DNA from: an uncultured Candidatus Saccharibacteria bacterium
GTDB lineage: Bacteria > Patescibacteriota > Minisyncoccia > Phycocordibacterales > UBA12079
Length of the DNA: 64,000 nucleotides
Assembly: GCA_964459145.1 (NCBI GenBank)
Contig: CAYWKC010000001.1
Location: forward strand, 40,200 to 104,199
Direction of reading: 5' to 3'
In this document: piece by piece, positions 57,421-64,000 of the stretch
Layout: every line of letters starts with the position of its first letter
How positions within the stretch are numbered: position 1 is the first letter of the stretch
The notes under the pieces: generated by a model
What the model was told of the DNA's origin: nothing
Seen by the model: only the letters and a program-made list of their open reading frames with translations
Database searches by the model: none
Made by a program: the position numbers and the translations under genes

Positions 57421-59316
57421 TTAGTTGTTCAAACTCTTATATATTTTTAATATCGGTTCCGGAATATGTTCTACTTTAACATTTTTATATTCTGCATAAT
57501 CATTTTTAAAATCATTCCCCCCATAAGAAAAAATATAAATTTTCACTTCTTTCTTATCTAATATTTTTTTCTCCATTTCTGGTAAATTATCCAAATTCTC
57601 TCTAAAATAGATTCCCACAAATTTATCTTTTTCGTCAGTAAAAATTTGATAATACTTATTTTTAACGATTTCCTTAAATGTATCTTCCTTTAAAGCTATC
57701 ATTTGCCCAGCTTCGTGAGTAAACTCTAATTTCTTTTTATCAGAAACATTTTTAATATTTTCTACATCTACAAATTCAGTTTTAAAATATTCTAAAGCTC
57801 CTCCCAATCCCCCCACTTTTTCCCCATTGGGTTTTGTATACCCTTTTATAACTTTTTTAATTCTTGGTTGAGTTATCCTCCTACAAATTCCATACTCTTG
57901 AATTTCTTTTGCACTCATACCTTTTTCTTGCAATTCTTTTTCAAACCCATTCAATTCATTGTTGGTACACAAAATAAATCTCCTATTTCCTCCGTCTTCT
58001 TTGTTTAAATCTAAAACCGCATGTCCTGTTGTTCCAGAACCAGCCATAAAATCAAGAATTACTGAATTTTTCTTCTCAGAGATTTTTATTAACAATTTTA
58101 TTAAACCAATTGGTTTTGGTGATGTAAAATATGAATTTGAACCAAAAAGTTCCTCTATTTCTTTTGAAGCATTTTCATTTGTTGCCACATTATCAAACCA
58201 AGTATCTACTATCTGACCTTGAATCTCTGATAAAAATAATTTTCTATTAGGAACACCATTTTTTGAAACAACAAGTCTCCCGTCTTTTATATATTTATCA
58301 AATGTACTTTTTGAACATCTCCATTTTCCTTTTATAATCCTACCATCTGGCATCTTTATAGAAAATTCTTTGTTTTTAGAACTATCAGGTTGCAATAATG
58401 GAACCAAACGCCAATCACCCCGAGGATCATTATCAGGGTTTTTATATGTTTTTTTAACGTAATCTTCGTTTAAAGGAATATTATTTAGTTGACTCAAATC
58501 AATATTTTTTGTGTAGCAAAATATGTAATCATGAACACGAGCAACATTTTTAGATAATCTTGGTGGAGTTTTTGTTCTACGCCATAAAAAATTAGCTATA
58601 AAATTTTCTCCCCCAAAAATTCCATCGCAAAGAATTTTTAATTGGGCCATCTCATTATCATCAATAGATATAAAAATAACCCCATCATTTTTTAATATTT
58701 TTTTTGCCAACACTAACCTTTTTTCCATAAAAGAAAGCCACTTTGAATGTCTAAAAGTATCTTCTCTATCTACGAAAGAATCATTATAAATAAAATCTTT
58801 ATTGCCTGTATTATATGGGGGATCAATATAAATAACATCAATTTTATTTTTATGAGTATAATTTAAAACTTGCAAAGCATGATAATTATCTCCCTCAATT
58901 AAAATATTTTTAGGTTTATTTAAGTCTTTATCTTTAATTCGTTTATCTTCTTTAGAAACTAAAATTGGGGCTTCTGTTTTACATCTTTCAACGACTTCTT
59001 CCTTGTGGTCTTCCCAAACAAGTCCGTACTTTTTCTGCTTTTTTAAAAGTTGCAATTCTTTGATAAGTTCGTCTTTTGTATATTCTTCAAAATCTTTTTT
59101 ACTTACAGGACTTTTTTTGGCTAAATCAGAAACTAAACCCTTTTCTTTAATCTCTCTAATATGAGCCACTGTATATCTTCTGTCTTTTCTCTTCCCAATT
59201 CTATCAGGCACAATAAAACCCTCCTTTTCCCAATTCCGCAAAGTGTCCTCATGCACACCCAAAAGCTCCGCCACCTCCCCAATCTTATATAATTTTTCCC
59301 TATTTTCTTTTTTCAT
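57421..59316 (-). CDS. mod: Type III Mod-like DNA methyltransferase with N-terminal MerR-type HTH
   Basis: Beta-class order: motif IV IYIDPPYNTGN precedes motif I FMAGSGTTGHA. N-terminal LYKIGEVAELLGVHEDTLRNWEKEGF HTH. Stop and start overlap with res. Confidence 0.8.
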   Translation of the reverse strand: MKKENREKLYKIGEVAELLGVHEDTLRNWEKEGFIVPDRIGKRKDRRYTVAHIREIKEKGLVSDLAKKSPVSKKDFEEYTKDELIKELQLLKKQKKYGLVWEDHKEEVVERCKTEAPILVSKEDKRIKDKDLNKPKNILIEGDNYHALQVLNYTHKNKIDVIYIDPPYNTGNKDFIYNDSFVDREDTFRHSKWLSFMEKRLVLAKKILKNDGVIFISIDDNEMAQLKILCDGIFGGENFIANFLWRRTKTPPRLSKNVARVHDYIFCYTKNIDLSQLNNIPLNEDYVKKTYKNPDNDPRGDWRLVPLLQPDSSKNKEFSIKMPDGRIIKGKWRCSKSTFDKYIKDGRLVVSKNGVPNRKLFLSEIQGQIVDTWFDNVATNENASKEIEELFGSNSYFTSPKPIGLIKLLIKISEKKNSVILDFMAGSGTTGHAVLDLNKEDGGNRRFILCTNNELNGFEKELQEKGMSAKEIQEYGICRRITQPRIKKVIKGYTKPNGEKVGGLGGALEYFKTEFVDVENIKNVSDKKKLEFTHEAGQMIALKEDTFKEIVKNKYYQIFTDEKDKFVGIYFRENLDNLPEMEKKILDKKEVKIYIFSYGGNDFKNDYAEYKNVKVEHIPEPILKIYKSLNN

Positions 59317-59328
59317 TGTTTTGTTTTA

Positions 59329-59565
59329 TTAAAAAATTACAGCCAAAAGGGTTGTTATCAAAATAAGACCAATTCCTACCAACCAAGGATTATTCCAGTT
59401 AACTTTCCTAAATTTTATATTATCATAATACCAATTTTTAAAAAATAATTTTCTATGACAGACTGGATTAAATCTATATTCCCATATTTTCCTTTTTTCC
59501 CATTTACTACTGGAATCTTCAGGATTTTTATATTTAATGAATATTGTTTTTCCTTTATTATTCAT
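59329..59565 (-). CDS. hypothetical small membrane protein
   Basis: 78 aa with a C-terminal TM helix; in the operon upstream of mod. Confidence 0.35.
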   Translation of the reverse strand: MNNKGKTIFIKYKNPEDSSSKWEKRKIWEYRFNPVCHRKLFFKNWYYDNIKFRKVNWNNPWLVGIGLILITTLLAVIF

Positions 59566-59569
59566 TTTT

Positions 59570-60418
59570 TTATTTTTTGATATTATTTTTCTTTTTATCT
59601 AATATTTTTTTCATACTATCAGTAAATTCTTTATTTTCATCCTTTTCCCTTAAAACTTTTTTAAATAAAAAAGTTAATGATTTTTTTATTGCATCAGATA
59701 ATTCTAAACACTCATCATCATTTTCAGCATGCAAACCTTGACTTAACGAAGAATGTAAAATACCTAAAGGATTCACTCCATTAGGACAAAGAGAACTTGG
59801 AATTAAATCTTTAACTAAATCAATTTTTTCTTGAGCAACTCTTGTGGTTTTTGTTTTTTCAAAAGCTTCTTTATATTTCTCTAAATCTTCTCCTTTTAAT
59901 AAATCACTCGTGAACTTAAGAAGTTCATCAATGACACCTTCTACTATTCTACGAAAATAAGCAAAAGCACCTACACCATAGCCCTGAGATTCACAAATTA
60001 ACCCATTTTTATAATATTCAGTATATTCTTCTAAATTTTTCTCTAACTCTTTATCTATATCAATACTCCATGCTGGAATTTGCCCAACCTTCTCCATATA
60101 AATAATTTCTTCTGTTTCTTCTTCATTTTCTTTTTTTATCTCCGCCAAGCCAAAATTAACAAAAAATATTCTAAAGGAATTATTACACGCCGAACATTTA
60201 TATTTTAATCTAACTATCTTATTAGGAATCTTTTCCCATTCATCATAATCAACTTCGTCATATTTATTTATCATGTTAAAAGTCTGATCTGAATCACAAT
60301 TATCACAATGCATATGTATTGCTGGTTTAGGTAATTGACTTAATTCGTCCGACTTATAAAAATCTGTAGTAAATTTTTTATACAAAGGATATTCTTCTAA
60401 AAACTTTTTATTTGCCAT
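59570..60418 (-). CDS. hypothetical protein with N-terminal C4 zinc ribbon
   Basis: HCDNCDS...CSACNN four-Cys motif; otherwise helical, no recognised motifs. Confidence 0.45.
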   Translation of the reverse strand: MANKKFLEEYPLYKKFTTDFYKSDELSQLPKPAIHMHCDNCDSDQTFNMINKYDEVDYDEWEKIPNKIVRLKYKCSACNNSFRIFFVNFGLAEIKKENEEETEEIIYMEKVGQIPAWSIDIDKELEKNLEEYTEYYKNGLICESQGYGVGAFAYFRRIVEGVIDELLKFTSDLLKGEDLEKYKEAFEKTKTTRVAQEKIDLVKDLIPSSLCPNGVNPLGILHSSLSQGLHAENDDECLELSDAIKKSLTFLFKKVLREKDENKEFTDSMKKILDKKKNNIKK

Positions 60419-60432
60419 AATTTTATTTTTTA

Positions 60433-60675
60433 CTATCTAATTTTTCCATTTATATTATCTAATAAATATGTCATATTTTTTACTTTATCTTCTAAACTTT
60501 TTACTTCTTTGTGTAAATCATCAATTTTAGCCCAAGCTTGATAATATTCTGTAACTCCCACAACTCCACCACATGAAGAACATTGTATAAAGAAAAATTT
60601 ATATCTAGAATAATTAGGTGAATTTTCGGCTAACTCAAATCGAGTATTCCCACATTTTGTGCATTTTGAAACCAT
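60433..60675 (-). CDS. small zinc-ribbon protein with C-terminal coiled coil
   Basis: CTKCGN...CSSCGG; first gene of the operon. Extended -10 TGTGATATACT on the minus strand around plus 60735-60750. Confidence 0.4.
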   Translation of the reverse strand: MVSKCTKCGNTRFELAENSPNYSRYKFFFIQCSSCGGVVGVTEYYQAWAKIDDLHKEVKSLEDKVKNMTYLLDNINGKIR

Positions 60676-60977
60676 ATTTTTATTTAAATTAACTTCCTAA
60701 TAATCTCTTATTTATTAAAGAATTTTTATCACTACTGCTAGTATATCACAAAGCACCCCGAAATGCAAGCATTCTCTGAATTTTCATAACTTATCGAGGT
60801 CAAATCCATTTCCACCTCTTCGATGGGTCGCCGATGAGACAACTACCCCAAAAAACCTCACCTCACAAACCCCCTAAAACAAAATCTTCGATTTTGTTCG
60901 GGCGAACATCAAAGATGTTTTAGCCCCACCCAACTTGGTACCTTTTTCAAACGGTCGTTCAAAAAGGGTACCTATTA

Positions 60978-61006
60978 AAAATAGGAGTGCTTCAAGCACT
61001 CCTATT
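60978..61006. terminator. perfect hairpin terminator after murJ
   Basis: AAATAGGAGTGCTT-caa-GCACTCCTATTT. Confidence 0.55.
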
Positions 61007-61045
61007 TAAAACTATCAACTTCCCCATCCATCCAACCTCCTCACA

Positions 61046-61091
61046 ATTCAGTACTCTGACTACTAAATTTACAGTAGTCGGAGTACTGAAT
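61046..61091. repeat. 19-bp-arm inverted repeat directly 3' of murJ
   Basis: ATTCAGTACTCTGACTACT-aaattt-ACAGTAGTCGGAGTACTGAAT. Confidence 0.5.
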
Positions 61092-61146
61092 CTAGGTCAT
61101 TCGGCATAACTATCGGCATAAAACTATCCACAAAAACCTAGCTTTA

Positions 61147-62784
61147 TTAACCTAAATGAAGTTTGCGTTTTAGGGTTAAGGTGACTTCATCAATCTCTCT
61201 GTTTTTTAATAATTTTAAGACCAAAACTAAAACAACTAAACCAATAATTCCAGAAAAAAGACCCTGCAAAAATATTCCCCCAAAAGTAGTAATGTCAAGA
61301 ATAAAACTCCACAGGTTTAAAGAGAAATAAGCAAAAATACCCATTATAAAAGAAGCCAAGAGAGTTTGGAAAAATGACTTTTTGAGAGAAGAGGAAAAAC
61401 GATTAAAATCTTTCTGAAAAAAGAACCACAACAAACTCGCATTAACAAATGTCCCTAAAGAATAACTCATCGGTAAAACAAGCACATTGATATTTTGAAT
61501 ATCACTAATCCGAAAAATCAATCCTATAATTTCTTTAATAAATTCTACATTTATAAACAACCATTTAAAAAAGAAAGCTGAAATAATAATAACAATAGCC
61601 GAAAAAATGCTGATTAAAACTGGCTTGATTGTTTTCCCCGCAGCATAATAGCCACGAAGAAATAATAAAACTAAACTTTGTGCTGTTACCGATAAAGCAA
61701 AAGCTGCTAAACAAGCTGCCGTCAAACGAGTATCCACCCAGTCAAATTTTCCAGACCCTAAAATAGTTCTAACTATTTGGGCTCTCAAAACAATAAATAA
61801 AACCAAAACAACTGTTGTCCAAAAAACAATATGTCGAGCAGCAGTGGTAATTTGTTGGAAAAAAACATCAACTTGATTGTTTGAAAAAAGTTTAGCTAAA
61901 ACTGGGAAAGCGGCAATAGAATAACTAACTCCAATAATACTTAGAGGGACCGATTGCAAACTAAAAGAAAAAGTAAAAATAGAAACAGCTCCCTCTCCAA
62001 GTGTGGAAGCTAAACCAACCAGAAAAATCAAGGCCAAATTACTTGTGGAAAGAGCTAAAGTTCTTGGTAAGGACAAAATAATTATTTCCTTTATTTTTTT
62101 AAAATTAAAAGTATAAACAAATTTTGGTAAAGACCCTAAGCGATAAATAGAAGGTAATTGGATAATAAGATGGAAAAAAGCTCCCAAAATTACACCGAAA
62201 ACCAAACCTTTTAATCCCCAAATTGGATAAAAAAAGACAATACCAATTATTATTCCAATATTGTAAAGAAGAGGACTCAGAGCATAGATAAAGAATTTTT
62301 GATTAATTTGAATAATACTGGTAAAAAAATTAGATAAACCAAGGAGAACAGGAGATAACAAAAGAATTCTAGATAAATTAATAACTTGATTAATGGCTTC
62401 TTGAGAAAAACCAACCAAAATAAGTGGTGTGACCTTAGGAATTAAGAAAAAGGCGAAAGAACAGACAATTATAATTAGCAAAAGAAAAACTGAAAAGACT
62501 TCACTCATAAACCGTTTCCCCTGTTCCCTATTTATTTCTTCTGCTAAAAATGGAACTAAGACTGAAATGGAAACAATAGAAGCCACCATTATAAAAATGA
62601 AATCTGGAATACGAAAAGAAGCATAATAGATATCCAAAATTCCCCCCGCCCCAAATGAATGAGCCAAAAGACGATCCCTGAGCAAAGCTAATAGTTGAGA
62701 AAGTAAAGCAAAAAATGCCAAAAGATAAGCGGTCTGATGAAGACCGCTTATATTATTCAATAAATTAAAAGCCTTTTTAATCAT
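61147..62784 (-). CDS. murJ: lipid II flippase MurJ (MviN)
   Basis: 14-TM MOP-family topology; N-terminal MurJ motifs (RDRLLAHSFGAG...YYASFRIPD). Confidence 0.85.
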   Translation of the reverse strand: MIKKAFNLLNNISGLHQTAYLLAFFALLSQLLALLRDRLLAHSFGAGGILDIYYASFRIPDFIFIMVASIVSISVLVPFLAEEINREQGKRFMSEVFSVFLLLIIIVCSFAFFLIPKVTPLILVGFSQEAINQVINLSRILLLSPVLLGLSNFFTSIIQINQKFFIYALSPLLYNIGIIIGIVFFYPIWGLKGLVFGVILGAFFHLIIQLPSIYRLGSLPKFVYTFNFKKIKEIIILSLPRTLALSTSNLALIFLVGLASTLGEGAVSIFTFSFSLQSVPLSIIGVSYSIAAFPVLAKLFSNNQVDVFFQQITTAARHIVFWTTVVLVLFIVLRAQIVRTILGSGKFDWVDTRLTAACLAAFALSVTAQSLVLLFLRGYYAAGKTIKPVLISIFSAIVIIISAFFFKWLFINVEFIKEIIGLIFRISDIQNINVLVLPMSYSLGTFVNASLLWFFFQKDFNRFSSSLKKSFFQTLLASFIMGIFAYFSLNLWSFILDITTFGGIFLQGLFSGIIGLVVLVLVLKLLKNREIDEVTLTLKRKLHLG

Positions 62785-62826
62785 CTTATTTAATTTCTAC
62801 TGTATTTTATTCTTCCTGAACCCTTG

Positions 62827-64000
62827 TTATATTTCAGTCGCCGATTCAGTTATATTATTTTCAATTGATTGTCCAGTTAAACCAGAAAGCGGAGCTTTCC
62901 CATTTCTAAGATTTTCTAAAATTGAGGAAATTGAAGTATCATTTGGAAGCAAACTTTGTAGATAATCAAAAACCTTAACAGCTTCTTCTCTCTCTCCAGT
63001 TTCACTATAACTTAACCCTAAAAGATAAATAGTATCAACTGAGTAAGGATTTAGATTAAAAGACTGCTCCAAAGAAGCAATGGCTTCTTTATAATCCCTT
63101 GTATTATATTCTAAAGCCCCCAACTGTAAAAAAGCTTGTGAATCGTTGGGAGTTACTTGGGTTAAGGTCTTAAGAATGTTAACTGCTCCTTCTTGATTTC
63201 CTCCATTTAATTCTATTTGAGATAATAAGTAATAAGCATCCGAATAATTGTTTTTCATTTGAATAGAGGTGTTTAAATATCCCTTAGCTTTTTCTACATC
63301 ACCATTAGCAATTTCTAAATTAGCCAGAGACAAAGCAATTAAGGGATTATATGGGTTAAAAATGATAGCATTACTGTAAGATTTCAACGCATTATCATAA
63401 GCCCCTTCAATTTTTAAGGGAACAACCGATCTATAAACATTTCCTAAAGACAACCAATTTTGATAATTTTTTGAATCTTTACTTATAGCAGTATTCGCAT
63501 TAGTAATAGCGCTATCAAGAGCTGTTTGAAATTGTTTTGCCACTGTCTCCTCGGCAACATCTGTTTGGTTCAAAACCGCTTGTAATTGAAATATATTAAT
63601 ATTGGATAATAGCCGATAATATAAATCATAACCTGAATTTTTGGCAGCTTTTTCCATTAATTCAACAGATTTTCCTAAATCTCCTTCTGAGTTTAGAGCC
63701 AAAAAACTTTTTTGTGCTTGAAAAGAGGCATTGGTTTTATTGATAAATAAAAACATCCCAAACATAGATAACAAAAGAAACCCTGCCATAACAACGAGAA
63801 AAATAAAACCTTTTCCTCTATTTTTTAATAATGAAATAACTTCTACTTTGACTATTTTTTCTTGATAAAACAAAGATAACAACAAACCAGAAAATAAGAA
63901 ACTTAAACTTAGAACGACAATTCCTGGAACATAAATAAATGAAAATACCCATAAGTAAATAGTGGCTGAAAAAACTGACCAAGCAATATATCGGTCAAAT
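62827..64000 (-). CDS. polytopic membrane protein with C-terminal TPR repeats (N-terminus outside window)
   Basis: Reading frame stays open to the window edge upstream of the listed TTG start; the extra N-terminal segment is hydrophobic. The C-terminal 300 aa are TPR repeats. Confidence 0.55.
   Translation of the reverse strand, partial: FDRYIAWSVFSATIYLWVFSFIYVPGIVVLSLSFLFSGLLLSLFYQEKIVKVEVISLLKNRGKGFIFLVVMAGFLLLSMFGMFLFINKTNASFQAQKSFLALNSEGDLGKSVELMEKAAKNSGYDLYYRLLSNINIFQLQAVLNQTDVAEETVAKQFQTALDSAITNANTAISKDSKNYQNWLSLGNVYRSVVPLKIEGAYDNALKSYSNAIIFNPYNPLIALSLANLEIANGDVEKAKGYLNTSIQMKNNYSDAYYLLSQIELNGGNQEGAVNILKTLTQVTPNDSQAFLQLGALEYNTRDYKEAIASLEQSFNLNPYSVDTIYLLGLSYSETGEREEAVKVFDYLQSLLPNDTSISSILENLRNGKAPLSGLTGQSIENNITESATEI

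Noticed and set aside
1-64000. CRISPR arrays, integrase or transposase genes, rRNA genes.
   Set aside because: No regularly spaced direct repeats, no recombinase-like ORF and no rRNA signatures were seen anywhere in the window.

Overview
This 64-kb window is AT-rich, densely coded, with short intergenic spacers, small versions of IF-2 and DnaE, and many small secreted or membrane proteins. It looks like a reduced, Patescibacteria/CPR-like genome, but that placement is inference only.

Core content:
- Cell-envelope genes: murF 3' end, ftsW, murG, murJ, an M23 peptidase, a VanY-type carboxypeptidase and CtpA.
- Aminoacyl-tRNA synthetases: serS, gltX, cysS, argS.
- Replication and recombination: dnaB, recR, dnaX, dnaE, dprA and a Pif1/RecD-like helicase.
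- Ribosomal proteins L27, L9, L21, L33 and L32, plus infB, rbfA, rnc, a NusB-Nudix fusion, clpB, dut and pyrD.
- RNA genes: an RNase P RNA (minus strand, about 4957-5470, with unusually large insertions) and tRNAs Cys, Leu, Lys, Trp, Tyr, Gln and Glu.

Most notable observations:
1. A family of roughly 190-200-bp elements sits immediately 3' of four tRNA genes (Cys, Trp, Tyr, Gln). Each ends in an exact 14-26-nt copy of that tRNA's 3' end. Each also carries an inverted copy of the cognate T-arm, a covarying A-run/GC/T-run hairpin and a GAGCGAAGCGAA box. A 5'-end variant sits at tRNA-Glu. No integrase is present in the window.
2. An eight-gene minus-strand operon (54144-60675) lies next to tRNA-Glu. 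It contains a Type III restriction-modification system whose Mod subunit carries an N-terminal HTH, a Cas4/RecB-like nuclease, and four uncharacterised proteins, two of them zinc-ribbon proteins.
3. A roughly 360-nt GC-rich structured RNA of unknown class has its own promoter and terminator (minus strand, about 23078-23441).
4. Several dispersed repeat families are present. One is a 29-bp perfect palindrome found after dnaB, dnaE and rpmA. One is a roughly 105-130-bp inverted pair upstream of dusB and dnaB. One is a 21-bp GC palindrome flanked by 9-bp direct repeats, with an in-frame copy inside cysS.
5. A block with visibly higher G+C (about 10.75-13.2 kb) encodes uncharacterised proteins and a secreted thermonuclease.
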